The notes: generated from the letters alone by a model not told the origin. DNA of 64,000 bases from an uncultured bacterium (GCA_949299335.1 CASGAD010000031.1:1075-65074), one strand, 5' to 3'. Shown: positions 11,711 through 24,259, counted from the stretch's first letter. Numbers and translations are program-made.

Positions 11711-12907
11711 CTATTTTATTTTAATTTTTGACATTCCTTTTTCACTAGTCTCACGATATCCTTTTTGTAAATCTAGACCGGTTTCATACATTGTATGAAC
11801 AATTTGATCAAAATTAATTTTGGATGATTTAGATGAAATAGACATAGCTAATGATGCACTATTAATCGCTTTTAAAGCAAATATACCATTTCTTTCGATA
11901 CATGGAATTTGAACATACCCTTGAATCGGATCGCAAGTCAATCCTAAAGAATGTTCTAAAGCGATTTCGCTTGCCTGAGCTATATTTTCGTTATCAAGAT
12001 GAAAAGCATGCATAATCATTGCTGCACCCATTGCAGTTGCAGTTCCGATTTCAGCTTGACATCCAGCCACAGCCCCACTCACTGTAGCATTAGTTTTTAT
12101 TATTTTACCTATTAGACCACCAACCAATAAAGATTCTACTATTCTTTCATCGTTCACACTGTTTTGCCTTAGATAAGCAATGACTCCAGGGATAATTCCA
12201 CAACTACCACAAGTAGGAGCTGTAGCAACTATTCCTCCAGAAGCATTTTCCTCACTAGCAGCATAAGCATTGGACATTATATAAAGTTGCTCTCTAATAA
12301 AAGCATTTTGTTCTTCTTTTGATTTATTTAATATTTCTTTAGCCTTACGCTTTACCTTTAATTTGCCAGGCAAATAATCTTCCTTGTCTAATCCTCGCTT
12401 AACACTATCATCCATAACTTTTAAAACTTCTTTTAAATAGTTAAGAATATCATTGCCTTCTTTACTTAAGGCATATTCATATAAAGATAAATTTCTTTTT
12501 TTGGTAAATCTTAATATGTCAGTTAATGTTGGTAAATCATAAATTTCATTTCTAGAGAAACTAGAATCCTCAGTTAAAATGGTCCCTCCACCTAATGAAA
12601 CTATCATCTCTTCAATAACTTTATCTTTGAGAGTAATCTTAAATGACATTGTATTAGGATGATTGACTTCAGTAGTATAATCAAAAACAATTTCACAAGG
12701 AATTTTATACTCTTTAAAAGTTTTAATAATTATATAATCAGTTAAATGGCCTTTCCCTGTTAAAGCTAGCGACCCAAATAATGTGACCTCAACTTTTTTA
12801 ATGTCTTTATATTTATTAATAATATATTTCGAAGCAAAAGAGGGACCCATCGTATGAGATGAAGATGGACCATTTCCAATTACGTAAATATCCTTAATTG
12901 ATTGCAT
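11711..12907 (-). CDS. sdaA: Iron-sulfur-dependent L-serine dehydratase (single chain)
   Basis: GPSSSHTMGP, GSLALTGKGH, APTCGSCG, GCQAEIG, LGLTCDP, QIPCIERN. Confidence 0.93.
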   Translation of the reverse strand: MQSIKDIYVIGNGPSSSHTMGPSFASKYIINKYKDIKKVEVTLFGSLALTGKGHLTDYIIIKTFKEYKIPCEIVFDYTTEVNHPNTMSFKITLKDKVIEEMIVSLGGGTILTEDSSFSRNEIYDLPTLTDILRFTKKRNLSLYEYALSKEGNDILNYLKEVLKVMDDSVKRGLDKEDYLPGKLKVKRKAKEILNKSKEEQNAFIREQLYIMSNAYAASEENASGGIVATAPTCGSCGIIPGVIAYLRQNSVNDERIVESLLVGGLIGKIIKTNATVSGAVAGCQAEIGTATAMGAAMIMHAFHLDNENIAQASEIALEHSLGLTCDPIQGYVQIPCIERNGIFALKAINSASLAMSISSKSSKINFDQIVHTMYETGLDLQKGYRETSEKGMSKIKIK

Positions 12908-13006
12908 ATAATTTATTATAAATTTAATAAGTAAACTAGAAAATAAGTTTATTAAATTTTATTCCTTTTTAATAAATCTGGCTTATTTAAAGCTTTAAAT
13001 TTATGC

Positions 13007-13035
13007 AAAAAGACCTGCAAATTGCAGGTCTTTTT
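13007..13035. terminator. Intrinsic terminator after rpoC
   Basis: AAAAAGACCTGCA-aat-TGCAGGTCTTTTT perfect hairpin. Confidence 0.88.
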
Positions 13036-13047
13036 ATAAATTTAGTA

Positions 13048-16000
13048 TTAATACTTGGAATTGATGTAATCATCTTCAGTTGGTAATGACTCTAATTCAT
13101 TTAATGATTCATCGCCAACATCGTTTTCATCATATTCGCTATCATGAATACCTATATATTGTTTTTCAACTTCTTTCATTCTTTGAGTGACATCGAAGTT
13201 ATCAACAAGTTCTTTAGCCTTATCACGAGCTAAGAGACCTCTACCGGCAGGAATTAATTTACCAGTAATAACGTTCTCTTTTAAGCCATGTAAACTATCA
13301 ACTTTTCCTTTAATAGCAGCATCTGTTAAGACACGAGTTGTTTCTTGGAAGGATGCAGCTGAGAGGAAGGAATCTGTTTCAAGAGCAGCTTTTGTAATAC
13401 CTAAGACAAGTGGTCTAGCAACTGCTGGACGTTTTCCAGCAAGTAAAGCGACTTTGTTCTTTTCAGTAAATTCAACAATTGAAACTCTTGTTCCAGGAAT
13501 CATCTCAGTGTCACCACCATCGATAATAACAACTTTTCTAAGCATTTGACGTACGATGACTTCAATATGCTTATCACTAATTGCGATACCTTGGACTCTA
13601 TAAACTTTTTGAACTTCTTTAACGATATAACGCTCAACTGAACCAATATCACTAACTTCAAGAAGTTTCTTAGGAGAAATAGCACCTTCAGTAATCTTAT
13701 CACCATTACGGATTGTATCGCCTTCTTTGACTCTTAATCTAGCGCCAAAGTTAGTTGTATATGTTTTTTCTTCTAATTCGTTAGTAACTGTAACAACGAA
13801 TGTACCATTTCTTTCTTCAATACGAGTAACTTTACCTGGGATTTCACTAATTAAAGCTTCACCTTTTGGATTTCTAGATTCAAATAATTCTTGAACTCTA
13901 GGTAAACCTTGAGTGATATCTTCAGTAGTAGCAACACCACCAGAGTGGAAAGTACGCATAGTTAATTGGGTACCAGGTTCACCGATTGATTGAGCAGCCA
14001 TAATACCAACAGCTTCACCAATTTCGACTGGTTTACCAGTAGCTAAGTTACGTCCATAACAATGTTGACAGACACCATCCTTAGTATTACATCCAAATAA
14101 GGATCTAATTTCAACACGAGTAATACCAGCATTAACAATTGCTTTAGCATCTGCTTCTTCAATTAAAGTGTTGCCTTTAACGATGACTTCACCAGTTTGT
14201 GGATGAATAACATCGTGGCAAGCATATCTACCAATTAATCTTTCTTCTAAAGAAACAATAATTGTATTTTGTGCAGTATTAATAATATCGCTAACTACAG
14301 TACCGTGATCAGAATGACAATCTTCTTCTCTAACGATAACATCTTGAGAAACGTCAACAAGTCTACGAGTTAAATAACCAGAGTCAGCAGTCTTTAAAGC
14401 GGTATCAGCACCACCTTTTCTAGCACCGTGGGTACCTGTGAAGAATTCACTAACGTTAAGACCTTCACGGAAACATGATTTAACAGGTAATTCAATAGTA
14501 TCACCACTTGTTGAAGCCATAAGACCTCTCATACCCATTAATTGTGCGAAGTTTGATTTACTTCCTCTAGCTCCAGAGTTCCGCATGATATAAAGTGGGT
14601 TACGATTATCAGCTCTTAAAGTTTCTTCAACTCTATCACCAACTTCTTTATTTACAGCGTTCCAGACATCAACAACCTTTGCATGTCTTTCTGCATCTGT
14701 TAATAAACCTTTTTCGTATAACATTTCAATCTTATTGACTTGTTTATCACCGGTATCAACTAATTTATCTTTGTTATCAATGACATAAATATCACTAATA
14801 GCGACTGTTAAGCCACTAATTGTTGAATATCTATAACCTTGGTCTTTAATCTTATCAAGAACAGCACTTGTTTTAGTTGTACCATAAACTTGATAAATTT
14901 GATTGATTATTGCAGTGATTTGTTTCTTTCCAATAGGATCTTTTGTTGGTAAAGATGCGATATATTCAGGAATATTTGTTCCACGTGGAACAAAGAATTC
15001 TTTCTTGTTATGTAATAAGTTCTCACTTGATCCATCATTAATAAATGGGAAATCTTTAGGAAAAACAAAGTTAAATATGACTTTACCAACTGTAGTAACG
15101 AGGTAAGAATTGTTCATTTCTGGAGTAAACGAAGTTCTCTTCATTTCTCTACCAGGAATTGCAATTCTATTATGTAAATGGATTAATCCCATTTCATAAC
15201 ATTTATAACATTCATCAATATCTTTAAAGACTTTACCTTCCATATTAGCAAAGTTACGATATTGTTCAGCTCTTTCGATATCACCTACAGATTCGTATTT
15301 TGCAGCTTTTTTAAGGAAATCTTCTTTATTGGATTCCATTGTTAAGTAATAGTTGCCAATTAAGATATCTTGAGATGGAGTAACAATTGGTTTTCCATCT
15401 TTTGGAGCAAGAATGTTATTACTTGCTAACATTAAATCTAATGCTTCTTCTTGTGCTGCTTTACTGATTGGTACGTGGACAGCCATTTGGTCACCATCGA
15501 AGTCAGCGTTAAATCCTGTACAAACGAGTGGGTGAAGTCTAATAGCTCTACCTTCAACTAAGATTGGTTGGAAAGCTTGGATACCAAGTCTATGTAATGT
15601 AGGAGCACGGTTTAATAAGACTGGGTGTTTGGAAATAATTTTTTCGATTACATCATAAACATCTGGGTCTTTGTTATCAATTTTCTTATCAGCTTGTCTA
15701 TGTAAAGTACATTTGCCTTCTTTAATTAAGACAGCAGCGATAAATGGTCTAAGTAAATTAATAGCCATTTCACGTGGTAATCCACATTGATACATTCTTA
15801 ATGTTGGTCCAATTGCGATAACCGAACGTCCAGAATAGTCAACACGTTTACCAAGTAAGTTTTGTCTAAATCTACCTTGTTTACCTTTTAATGCACCGCT
15901 CAATGATTTTAATGGTCTTCCGTTTGGTCCAGTGACTGGTTTGCCATTTCTTCTACCATTATCAATTAAAGCATCGACTGCTTCTTGGAGCATTCTCTTT

Positions 16001-17028
16001 TCGTTCATTAAAATGACGTAAGGAGCGTTTAAATCAATCAACTTCTTTAAACGATTATTACGGGTAATAATTCTACGATATAAATCGTTTAAATCGCTTG
16101 TTGCAAATCTTCCACCATCAAGTTGTAACATTGGTCTTAAATCTGGTGGTATGACTGGTAATGCATCTAAAATCATCCATTCAGGTTTGTTATTTGATTT
16201 TCTAAATGCATCTAATACTTCTAATCTTTTGATTAATTTTTGTAATTTTTGACCGCTAGCTAATTTGATTTCTTTGCTAACTTTTGTAAACTCGCCTTCA
16301 ACTAAGACTTCATTTCCAAATTCATCTCTTACTTTATAATCATTGATTTTGATTTCTTTTAATAAACGTTTAATAGCTTCAGCACCTTCGCCAAATTCAG
16401 CTCCAGTGTATTCACTAATATAGGAAGCACATCCAAAGAAATCGAATGGTTCGTTTGGATTGCCTAATCTATCAAGTAACTCATCTGCATAATTATAACC
16501 AGTTGAACCAGTTTCTAATCCTGCTTGAATTTCTTTGATTGCCATGATGAAAGTTTCTCTACCAACTTTATCATCAAGGAATTGCTTATAATAAAGTGAT
16601 TTACAAGTGCCTGGATTTAAGCAAATATGAGCACTAAAATAAATAACTTCTTCAAGGTTTTTTGGTGAAACATCAAGAACTAAGCCCATTCTTGATGGAA
16701 TACCTTTTAAATACCAAATATGAGAACAAGGTGAAGCAAGTTCAATGTGGCCCATACGTTCTCTTCTAACTTCTTTAGAAATAACTTCAACACCACATTT
16801 TTCACAAACGACACCTGCGTATCTAATTTTCTTATATTTTCCGCAATGACATTCGTAATCCTTACTAGGTCCAAATATTTTTTCGCAGAATAAGCCATCC
16901 ATTTCTGGTTTTTGGCTTCTATAGTTAATAGTCTCTGGTTTTGTAACTTCACCATGTGACCATTCTCTAATTTTTTCAGGAGAAGCTAGTCCGACTTTAA
17001 TACTAGCTAATTTTTCTACATCAAACAT
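13048..17028 (-). CDS. rpoC: RNA polymerase beta' subunit
   Basis: Zn-finger CHCGKYK...CEKC, NADFDGD catalytic motif, [15 protein letters not shown]. Confidence 0.99.
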   Translation of the reverse strand: MFDVEKLASIKVGLASPEKIREWSHGEVTKPETINYRSQKPEMDGLFCEKIFGPSKDYECHCGKYKKIRYAGVVCEKCGVEVISKEVRRERMGHIELASPCSHIWYLKGIPSRMGLVLDVSPKNLEEVIYFSAHICLNPGTCKSLYYKQFLDDKVGRETFIMAIKEIQAGLETGSTGYNYADELLDRLGNPNEPFDFFGCASYISEYTGAEFGEGAEAIKRLLKEIKINDYKVRDEFGNEVLVEGEFTKVSKEIKLASGQKLQKLIKRLEVLDAFRKSNNKPEWMILDALPVIPPDLRPMLQLDGGRFATSDLNDLYRRIITRNNRLKKLIDLNAPYVILMNEKRMLQEAVDALIDNGRRNGKPVTGPNGRPLKSLSGALKGKQGRFRQNLLGKRVDYSGRSVIAIGPTLRMYQCGLPREMAINLLRPFIAAVLIKEGKCTLHRQADKKIDNKDPDVYDVIEKIISKHPVLLNRAPTLHRLGIQAFQPILVEGRAIRLHPLVCTGFNADFDGDQMAVHVPISKAAQEEALDLMLASNNILAPKDGKPIVTPSQDILIGNYYLTMESNKEDFLKKAAKYESVGDIERAEQYRNFANMEGKVFKDIDECYKCYEMGLIHLHNRIAIPGREMKRTSFTPEMNNSYLVTTVGKVIFNFVFPKDFPFINDGSSENLLHNKKEFFVPRGTNIPEYIASLPTKDPIGKKQITAIINQIYQVYGTTKTSAVLDKIKDQGYRYSTISGLTVAISDIYVIDNKDKLVDTGDKQVNKIEMLYEKGLLTDAERHAKVVDVWNAVNKEVGDRVEETLRADNRNPLYIMRNSGARGSKSNFAQLMGMRGLMASTSGDTIELPVKSCFREGLNVSEFFTGTHGARKGGADTALKTADSGYLTRRLVDVSQDVIVREEDCHSDHGTVVSDIINTAQNTIIVSLEERLIGRYACHDVIHPQTGEVIVKGNTLIEEADAKAIVNAGITRVEIRSLFGCNTKDGVCQHCYGRNLATGKPVEIGEAVGIMAAQSIGEPGTQLTMRTFHSGGVATTEDITQGLPRVQELFESRNPKGEALISEIPGKVTRIEERNGTFVVTVTNELEEKTYTTNFGARLRVKEGDTIRNGDKITEGAISPKKLLEVSDIGSVERYIVKEVQKVYRVQGIAISDKHIEVIVRQMLRKVVIIDGGDTEMIPGTRVSIVEFTEKNKVALLAGKRPAVARPLVLGITKAALETDSFLSAASFQETTRVLTDAAIKGKVDSLHGLKENVITGKLIPAGRGLLARDKAKELVDNFDVTQRMKEVEKQYIGIHDSEYDENDVGDESLNELESLPTEDDYINSKY

Positions 17029-17041
17029 TCCTTTGTCCTCC

Positions 17042-20000
17042 TTAGTTTAAAAATTCACTCATATCACTGTCATTAAAGTTAATACTGTCATCAACTTCAA
17101 CATCATCAGAATTTCTCATAGAAGATGAAGTTTCATTTCCAATATTTCTTAATGATCTTAAGGAACGTTGCTCTTCTTGTTGAGTTTGCCTTGCTAAACT
17201 ATCCATATCAATGACTTTGCCATCTTTATCGAATAATTCAACATCCATACCTAAACCCATAAGTTCTTTTGTTAAAACTTTGAAAGCTTCTGGAATTGAT
17301 GGTTTTGGTAAAGCTTTACCTTTAATAATTGATTCATAGGTTCTTCTTCTACCAACTCTATCATCGGATTTAATAGTCATCATTTCTTGGAGAATATTTG
17401 CAGCACCATAAGCTTCAAGTGCCCAAACTTCCATTTCACCAAATCTTTGACCACCATTTTGTGCCTTACCACCTAAAGGTTGTTGTGTAACCATTGAATA
17501 TGGTCCAGTTGCACGAGCATGTAACTTATCATCAACCATGTGGACAAGTTTAATCATGTACATGACACCAACATTGATTCTATCATCGAATTTTTCGCCG
17601 GTTCTGCCATCATATAAGGTATATTTACCATCTTTTGGCATCTTTGCTTCTTCCATCATGCTCATGATTTCATCATTTGAGATACCATCAAAAACTGGGG
17701 TTGCAATCTTTAATCCACCTAAAGCTTTACAAGCCATACCTAAGTGAACTTCAAGAATTTGTCCGATATTCATACGGGAAGGGACACCTTGAGGATTTAA
17801 TAAAATATCAACTGGTGTACCATCTGGAAGGAATGGCATATCTTCAACAGGAACAATACGTGAAATAACACCTTTGTTACCGTGACGTCCACTCATCTTA
17901 TCACCTTCAGAAATCTTACGTTTTTGAACGATATAGACTCTGACTTTTTTATTTACATCTGGTGGTAATTCATCACCATTTTCTCTAGTGAAAACTTTGA
18001 CATCTAATACTGTACCAGCACCACCATGAGGTACTCTTAATGAAGTATCTTTACCATCTTTTGATTTATCACCAAAAATAGCATCAAGTAATTTTTGATC
18101 TGGTGAAGGTTCTGTTGTACCTTTTGGTGTAACTTTACCTACTAAGATATCTCCTTCATTAACATCTGTTCCTGGATAAACAATACCATCAGCATCAAGA
18201 TGTGCTCTTGCTTCTAATGATTGATTTGGAACATCTGGAGTAATAATTTCTTCACCATTTTTTGTATTTCTGCATTCTATTTCGTAGGAATCAATATGAA
18301 TTGTTGTATAAACATCGTCCTTAACTAATCTTTCACTCATAATAACAGCGTCTTCATAGTTAAGACCTTCCCAAGTCATAAATGCAACAACAACGTTTTG
18401 ACCTAAAGCTAAATCACCATTATCCATTGAAGGTCCATCAGCAATAATTTGACCTTTTTTAATCTTATCGCCGACATGAACAATACTTCTTTGATTTATA
18501 CAAGTACCTTGGTTACTTCCTTCGTACTTTTGTAAATGATATGTTCTTTCGCCTTCTTTTTCTAATATTCTAATTTCTAATGAATCGACATATGTACATG
18601 TACCATCTTCGCAAGCAACAACTGCTAAACCACAGTCATGAGCGATTGTGTGCTCAAGACCAGTTCCAACGTAAGGAGCGTGTGGTCTTAATAATGGTAA
18701 TGCTTGTCTTTGCATGTTAGCACCCATAAGAGCACGAGTGTTATCATCGTTTTCAAGGAAAGGAATACAAGCAGCAGCAACAGAAACGATTTGCATTGGT
18801 GATTCATCAATGTAATCGACATCTTTTCTATCAGCTAAAATGTTTTTGCCATTGAAACGAGCAACAACTTTATCATTAGCTAAATGATGATCGGCAATAT
18901 CTTCTCTTGTTGCTTGAGCAATAACGTGATTGCTTTCTTCATCTGCTGAAAGATATACTGCTTTTTCTGTAATTTCACCTGTTTCTTTATCAACAATTCT
19001 ATATGGAGTTTCAATGAATCCATATTTATCAATCTTAGCATATGTAGCTAAGTTATTGATTAAACCAATGTTTTGTCCTTCAGGAGTTTCAATAGGACAG
19101 ATACGTCCATAGTGAGTAAAGTGAACGTCTCTAACTTCCATACTTGCTCTATCACGAGTTAATCCACCAGGACCAAGAGCACTAATTCTTCTCTTATTAG
19201 CAAGTTCTGCTAATGGGTTAGTTTGATCCATAAATTGTGAAAGTTGTGATGAAGAGAAGAACTCTCTTATTTCACTAGCAAGTGGTTTTATATTAATAAG
19301 TGATTTTGGAGTTAAATCTTTAGTTTCACCTGTGGTAATTGACATCTTTTGAGTAATGTTCTTTGCCATTTTGGTTAAACCAATTCTAAATTGAGTTTGA
19401 ATTAATTCTCCAACACATCTAATACGTCTATTGCTTAAGTTATCAATATCATCAACATCTCCAAAGCCATCCATTAAATTCATGAAATAGCTAAAGATTG
19501 CTATCATATCTGAAATTGTAACTCTAGAAACTGACAAATTTAAATCTGTTCCAATGATATTAGAAACAAATTCTTTTTTATCGTTTGTGTAAACCTTAAC
19601 AATGTTTACTGTGCCATATTGATCAATTTTGGTGTTAATTGGTATTGAAAATTGATGAGCACCTTTTTCAAAAAATTCCTCATCACGTAATTCATCAACC
19701 ATTTCTTTAGTAATGTATGTACCTTTTGTGTATTTAATTTCACCATCAGCACTTACTAAATCTTCAGCTAATGTTCTACCTTCAAGTCTATTATAAACAC
19801 CTAATTTCTTAGCGTATTTAAATCTTCCTGCACGACCTAAATCGTATCTTTTTGCATCAAAGAACTTTTGTACTAAGAAGGTATGAACACCTTCGTCAGT
19901 AATTGGTTCACCTGGCTTTAATTTCTTAAAGATTTCTTTTAATGCTTTAAGACTGCTTTTTGTATCTTGGTCTTTAGCAAGAGTTTGTTTTAAACTTTCT

Positions 20001-20644
20001 CTATCACCAAAAAGTTTTAATATATCTTCATCTGTTTCAATTCCTAAGGCCTTTAATAAAATTGTTGCAGGCATTTTTCTTTGACGGTCAATTCTAACCC
20101 AAAGGAAACCTTTTACATCGCTTTCAAATTCAAGCCAAGTACCTCTTGTAGGAATTAAGTCAGCGTTATATGTATAATGTCCAATCTTGTTATCAAATGT
20201 TTTTGATAAATATGCACCTGGAGATCTAACAATTTGTGAAACGATAACTCTTTCTGCACCATTAACGATAAATGTACCGCTATCAGTCATAAGAGGTATT
20301 TCGCCCATGAAGACATCACTATCAACAAATTCTCCAGTAACTTTATCTAAAAGTCTAAGATTAACAGTAAGTGGTGAACTATATGTTAAATCTTTTTCTT
20401 TACACTCTAAATATGTATGTTTTGGTTGATCTAATCTAAATGAGTTATAAATAATTGACATTGTTTGACTATAGTTGTCAATTGGGAAAACATCTTTAAA
20501 AACCTCATCAATACCATCTTTTAAGAAGTTTTTATAAGATTCTGTTTGAATTTCAACCAAATAAGGGAGTGGCAATGTACCACTAATTTTAGAGAAATTA
20601 ATACGATCATTATTGATTTTTGGGTAATCTTTATATGATTTCAT
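17042..20644 (-). CDS. rpoB: RNA polymerase beta subunit
   Basis: [46 protein letters not shown]. Confidence 0.99.
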   Translation of the reverse strand: MKSYKDYPKINNDRINFSKISGTLPLPYLVEIQTESYKNFLKDGIDEVFKDVFPIDNYSQTMSIIYNSFRLDQPKHTYLECKEKDLTYSSPLTVNLRLLDKVTGEFVDSDVFMGEIPLMTDSGTFIVNGAERVIVSQIVRSPGAYLSKTFDNKIGHYTYNADLIPTRGTWLEFESDVKGFLWVRIDRQRKMPATILLKALGIETDEDILKLFGDRESLKQTLAKDQDTKSSLKALKEIFKKLKPGEPITDEGVHTFLVQKFFDAKRYDLGRAGRFKYAKKLGVYNRLEGRTLAEDLVSADGEIKYTKGTYITKEMVDELRDEEFFEKGAHQFSIPINTKIDQYGTVNIVKVYTNDKKEFVSNIIGTDLNLSVSRVTISDMIAIFSYFMNLMDGFGDVDDIDNLSNRRIRCVGELIQTQFRIGLTKMAKNITQKMSITTGETKDLTPKSLINIKPLASEIREFFSSSQLSQFMDQTNPLAELANKRRISALGPGGLTRDRASMEVRDVHFTHYGRICPIETPEGQNIGLINNLATYAKIDKYGFIETPYRIVDKETGEITEKAVYLSADEESNHVIAQATREDIADHHLANDKVVARFNGKNILADRKDVDYIDESPMQIVSVAAACIPFLENDDNTRALMGANMQRQALPLLRPHAPYVGTGLEHTIAHDCGLAVVACEDGTCTYVDSLEIRILEKEGERTYHLQKYEGSNQGTCINQRSIVHVGDKIKKGQIIADGPSMDNGDLALGQNVVVAFMTWEGLNYEDAVIMSERLVKDDVYTTIHIDSYEIECRNTKNGEEIITPDVPNQSLEARAHLDADGIVYPGTDVNEGDILVGKVTPKGTTEPSPDQKLLDAIFGDKSKDGKDTSLRVPHGGAGTVLDVKVFTRENGDELPPDVNKKVRVYIVQKRKISEGDKMSGRHGNKGVISRIVPVEDMPFLPDGTPVDILLNPQGVPSRMNIGQILEVHLGMACKALGGLKIATPVFDGISNDEIMSMMEEAKMPKDGKYTLYDGRTGEKFDDRINVGVMYMIKLVHMVDDKLHARATGPYSMVTQQPLGGKAQNGGQRFGEMEVWALEAYGAANILQEMMTIKSDDRVGRRRTYESIIKGKALPKPSIPEAFKVLTKELMGLGMDVELFDKDGKVIDMDSLARQTQQEEQRSLRSLRNIGNETSSSMRNSDDVEVDDSINFNDSDMSEFLN

Positions 20645-20650
20645 TCAATA

Positions 20651-21247
20651 CTACTCCTTATTAATACATTCGATTATTAAATATCCTTTTTCTTTATATA
20701 TGACACTTGTTTCGAATAAAGAAGAAAGATATTTTTGGTGAGATAATCCGCCTTTATCTTTTCGAATAACAAGATAAAAGTGTCCATTAACTACTAGATT
20801 TTGTTTAGTATCCCTATAGATCTCATATATTTTATTTTTTCCAACTGAGATTGGTGGATTAAACAAAATGTAATCAAATTTATCTCCATCGTTTAAGTAG
20901 CCATCACTTGTAGAGCATTTACCATCCAAATCGTAATACTTTAAGTTTCTACTAGTTAATTCTATACATTTAGGATTTATGTCTATAAAGGACACCTCAA
21001 TATTATCTTTAAATAAAAGTTTTAATGATATACCAATAGGTCCATAGCCACATCCAAGGTCGAGAACTTTACCTTTTAAATCAAGTGTAGATAGGAACTT
21101 TATAAATATCAAAGTTCCAGTATCAATGCTTTTATTTGAGAATACGCCAGAATCACTAATAAGATGAACATTCAAAGAACCGATAGAAAAATCAATATTT
21201 CTTTCATGTTTTTTTAGTGTTGGATCTTCAATAAAATAGTGACTCAT
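20651..21247 (-). CDS. RsmC/YbxB-like class I SAM methyltransferase
   Basis: GVFS, LDLGCGYG, NPP motifs; same position (rplL-rpoB) as B. subtilis ybxB. Confidence 0.9.
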   Translation of the reverse strand: MSHYFIEDPTLKKHERNIDFSIGSLNVHLISDSGVFSNKSIDTGTLIFIKFLSTLDLKGKVLDLGCGYGPIGISLKLLFKDNIEVSFIDINPKCIELTSRNLKYYDLDGKCSTSDGYLNDGDKFDYILFNPPISVGKNKIYEIYRDTKQNLVVNGHFYLVIRKDKGGLSHQKYLSSLFETSVIYKEKGYLIIECINKE

Positions 21248-21266
21248 TTTATTCTCTTAAATAGGC

Positions 21267-21299
21267 AAAAACCTGCCCTCAAAAATTGGTGGCAGGTTT
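21267..21299 (-). terminator. Terminator after rplL
   Basis: AAACCTGCC...GGCAGGTTT inverted repeat followed by T-run on minus strand. Confidence 0.7.
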
Positions 21300-21318
21300 C
21301 AAGTTTCGTAATTAAAAA

Positions 21319-21693
21319 CTACTTAATTTCAACTTGAGCACCAGCAGCTTCTAAAGCTTTCTTGTGTTCTTCTGCTTCAACAGGTGAAATGTGTTCTTTA
21401 ATGATACTTGGGACAGCATCGACTAATTTCTTAGCATCCATTAATCCTAAACCTGTGATAGCTTGGACTGCTTTAATACAAGCAACTTTGTTAGCACCGA
21501 TTCCTTTTAATGTTAATGTAACTTCAGCTGGTCCTTTCTTTTCTTCTTCTTCAGCTGGAGCAGCAGCTGCAGCGACTGGAGCAGCAGCAGTAACGCCAAA
21601 TTCTGCTTCGATTGCTTTAACTAAATCATTTAATTCGACAACTGTCATTTCTTTAACAGCATTGATAATTTCTTCGTTTGTTAATTTTGCCAT
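21319..21693 (-). CDS. rplL: 50S ribosomal protein L7/L12
   Basis: [31 protein letters not shown]. Confidence 0.98.
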   Translation of the reverse strand: MAKLTNEEIINAVKEMTVVELNDLVKAIEAEFGVTAAAPVAAAAAPAEEEEKKGPAEVTLTLKGIGANKVACIKAVQAITGLGLMDAKKLVDAVPSIIKEHISPVEAEEHKKALEAAGAQVEIK

Positions 21694-21721
21694 TTTTCTA
21701 TCCTCCTAATAATTAGCAAAT

Positions 21722-22210
21722 TTATTTCTTTTCAGCGACTTGGCTTAAGCTATAAGCTAAGTTTCTCATAGGTGCTTGTAATACGCTTAATAACATAGAT
21801 ACAAGTCCTTCTTTTCCTGGCAATTGTGAAATTGCTTTAACTGTGTCAGCATCACTTACTTTGCCTTCGATAATCCCACCTTTGATTTGGAAGGATTCGT
21901 GTTTCTTTGCAAATTTTGCAACATACTTTAATGAACCATTTGAATAATCATCCATAAAAATGAATAAATTTGGTCCGCTTAAGTATGAATCGAATTCTTT
22001 GTGGTCAAGAGAATTAACTGCTCTTGTAACTAAGCTATTTTTATAGACATTAGCTCTAGCATTCTTTTCTCTTAATTCCTTTCTTAATGTAGTAATTTCT
22101 GCAACTGATAATCCACGATATTCGCAGACAACAACTGCTTTGCTATTCTTCATTAAGTCAGTAACTTCTGAAACCACTGCTTCTTTTTGCTTTAAAACAT
22201 CTTGATTCAT
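21722..22210 (-). CDS. rplJ: 50S ribosomal protein L10
   Basis: EYRGLSV, VYKNSL, LLSVLQAPMRNLA; synteny. Confidence 0.97.
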   Translation of the reverse strand: MNQDVLKQKEAVVSEVTDLMKNSKAVVVCEYRGLSVAEITTLRKELREKNARANVYKNSLVTRAVNSLDHKEFDSYLSGPNLFIFMDDYSNGSLKYVAKFAKKHESFQIKGGIIEGKVSDADTVKAISQLPGKEGLVSMLLSVLQAPMRNLAYSLSQVAEKK

Positions 22211-22224
22211 TTTCTACCTCCTTA

Positions 22225-22320
22225 ATATATTTTGAGGCTAAATATACATGAGGAATCTATTTCTAACCTCGGTAACATTATTAAGGTTTATAACCCGTTA
22301 CTGTCTATGGTATATTCGCC
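22225..22320 (-). ncRNA. L10 leader (autoregulatory cis RNA element)
   Basis: Minus strand TAGACAGTAAC...TAATAATGTTACCGAGG matches the Firmicute L10-leader pattern upstream of rplJ; boundaries approximate. Confidence 0.75.
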
Positions 22321-22335
22321 TACTAAACAATTTAA

Positions 22336-23010
22336 TTAGAGACTAATCTTAATTGATGGTCCCATTGTGGAACTAATGTAACAGCTAATTACATAGTTTC
22401 CTTTAACTGTGCTTGGTCTAACTTTTAAGATTTGGTTAACTAAAGTTTTTGCATTTTCAACGAGTTTTTCTGTATCAAATGAACTCTTGCCAATACCAAC
22501 ATTGACGTTTCCATCTCTATCAGCTCTATATTCAACTTTACCAGCTTTTAATTCTTTTACCATCTTAGCGATGTCAGGACCGACTGTACCTGTTTTTGGG
22601 TTTGGCATTAAACCTTTTGGACCTAAAACTCTACCATTTTTACCAATTTCACCCATCATTTCAGGTGTTGCACACATAACATCGAAATCAAACCATTTTT
22701 CAGTAACGATTTTTTCGAGTAATTCTTTACCACCAGCATAATCTGCACCTGCTTTGAGAGCATCATCTACTTTATTTGTAATTGCAACTACTCTAACGTT
22801 TTTACCAGTTCCAGCTGGAAGAATAACAGTTCCTCTGACTTGTTGATCAGCTTTCTTTGTATTAATGTTTAATCTCATCGATAAACCGATTGTTGAATCG
22901 AATTTAGTAACTGTTGTTTTCTTAATTAATTCGCAAGCTTCTTCAATTGTGTAAGCCTTTGTTTTGTCGACTAACTTTAAAGCTGCTTCATATTTCTTAC
23001 CATGTTTCAT
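22336..23010 (-). CDS. rplA: 50S ribosomal protein L1
   Basis: LGPKGLMPNPKTGTV, SSTMGPS. Confidence 0.98.
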   Translation of the reverse strand: MKHGKKYEAALKLVDKTKAYTIEEACELIKKTTVTKFDSTIGLSMRLNINTKKADQQVRGTVILPAGTGKNVRVVAITNKVDDALKAGADYAGGKELLEKIVTEKWFDFDVMCATPEMMGEIGKNGRVLGPKGLMPNPKTGTVGPDIAKMVKELKAGKVEYRADRDGNVNVGIGKSSFDTEKLVENAKTLVNQILKVRPSTVKGNYVISCYISSTMGPSIKISL

Positions 23011-23025
23011 TTAGCATCCCTCCAA

Positions 23026-23439
23026 TTAATCAACAACCTTAATGCCCATATTTCTTGCGCTACCTTCAATAATTCTCATAGCACTTTCAATGTCATTAGC
23101 ATTTAAATCAGGCATTTTGTATTCAGCTATTTTCTTGATGTCAGCCTTTGTAACTTGGCCAACAATAGTTGATTTACTATTAGCACTACCCTTTTTAATT
23201 CCGGCAGCTTTTAATAATAAACCTGTAACTGGTGATGTTTTGATATCCATGCTGAATGTTTTGTCTTCGTAAGCTGTAATAATTACAGGTACGACTTCAC
23301 CTTTTCTATCAGCAGTTTTTGCGTTAAATTCTGTACAGAACTTAGGCATAACAACGCCAGCACTTGCAAGTTTTGGTCCTGGTTTAGCTTCACCACCAGG
23401 TAATTCCATCTTGACTACTTTTGCGACTTTTTTACCCAT
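23026..23439 (-). CDS. rplK: 50S ribosomal protein L11
   Basis: IAEYKMPDLNA, IEGSARNMG; ATG at 23439 after AAGGAG. Confidence 0.97.
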   Translation of the reverse strand: MGKKVAKVVKMELPGGEAKPGPKLASAGVVMPKFCTEFNAKTADRKGEVVPVIITAYEDKTFSMDIKTSPVTGLLLKAAGIKKGSANSKSTIVGQVTKADIKKIAEYKMPDLNANDIESAMRIIEGSARNMGIKVVD

Positions 23440-23454
23440 TGTCAAATTCTCCTT

Positions 23455-23500
23455 TCAATGTGTTCGTGGTTCGAAGTAGTTCGCCTCTTCTCCCACCAAT
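23455..23500 (-). promoter_or_regulatory. Putative L1-binding rplK leader hairpin
   Basis: Minus strand GTGGGAG...ACCAC motif typical of Firmicute rplK leaders; boundaries approximate. Confidence 0.55.
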
Positions 23501-23528
23501 ATACGCACATAAATATACGCGCTCGTAA

Positions 23529-23557
23529 ATTATATATATCTATAAAGTAATTGTCAA
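23529..23557 (-). promoter_or_regulatory. Consensus sigma70 promoter for rplK-rplA
   Basis: TTGACA-17 bp-TATAAT exact consensus. Confidence 0.88.
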
Positions 23558-23626
23558 TGGAAAATAAAAATTATTATACAACATTTTAAAAACATATCTA
23601 TATTTATTGTATAATTAAAGAGCATA

Positions 23627-23652
23627 GAAAAAGAGACCCGAGGGTCCCTTTT
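23627..23652 (-). terminator. Terminator after nusG
   Basis: GACCC-ga-GGGTC stem extended by A/T tracts right after the nusG stop. Confidence 0.7.
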
Positions 23653-23656
23653 ATTT

Positions 23657-24253
23657 TTAGATTTTAACAATTTCACTAAAGTCAACTTCAACAGGTGTAC
23701 GTCTACCAAAGAACATAGTTTCAACTGTTACAGTGCCGTTTTCCTTATTGATTGAAATAATCTTTCCTTCAACTGAGTCAAATGTACCATGAATGACTTT
23801 AATTAAATCACCAACATGATAGCCTTCATACATTGAACTATCGACCATACCCATTCTCTTAAGAACTGCTTCAATTTCTCTACTAGAAACTGGGGTTGGT
23901 TTTTGTCCTCCACCACTTGATCCAGCAATACCAGTAACTCCTGGAGTATTTCTAATCATGAACCAACTTTCATCAGTCATAATCATTTCAACAAATACAT
24001 ATCCTGGATAAAGATTAATGACTTTCATTTTTGGTTCTTCAATTCCTGTTTCAGGATTTTTAACCATTAATTGTTGGCCATCTTTACCTTTAGCTGGTAT
24101 TTCTTCTTCAGCGACTACAATTCTGAAAATGTAGTCTTTTAAATTCATACTTTCAATACGTCTTTTTATGTTGTCAGCAACTTTTTGTTCGTGTCCACTA
24201 TAAGTAGTAGCAATATACCATTGCTTCTCTGCTAATTTATTTGTTTGATCCAT
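23657..24253 (-). CDS. nusG: Transcription termination/antitermination factor NusG
   Basis: WYIATTYSGHE, YPGYVFVEM, IRNTPGVTG, FGRRTPVEV. Confidence 0.97.
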   Translation of the reverse strand: MDQTNKLAEKQWYIATTYSGHEQKVADNIKRRIESMNLKDYIFRIVVAEEEIPAKGKDGQQLMVKNPETGIEEPKMKVINLYPGYVFVEMIMTDESWFMIRNTPGVTGIAGSSGGGQKPTPVSSREIEAVLKRMGMVDSSMYEGYHVGDLIKVIHGTFDSVEGKIISINKENGTVTVETMFFGRRTPVEVDFSEIVKI

Positions 24254-24259
24254 ACTTTC

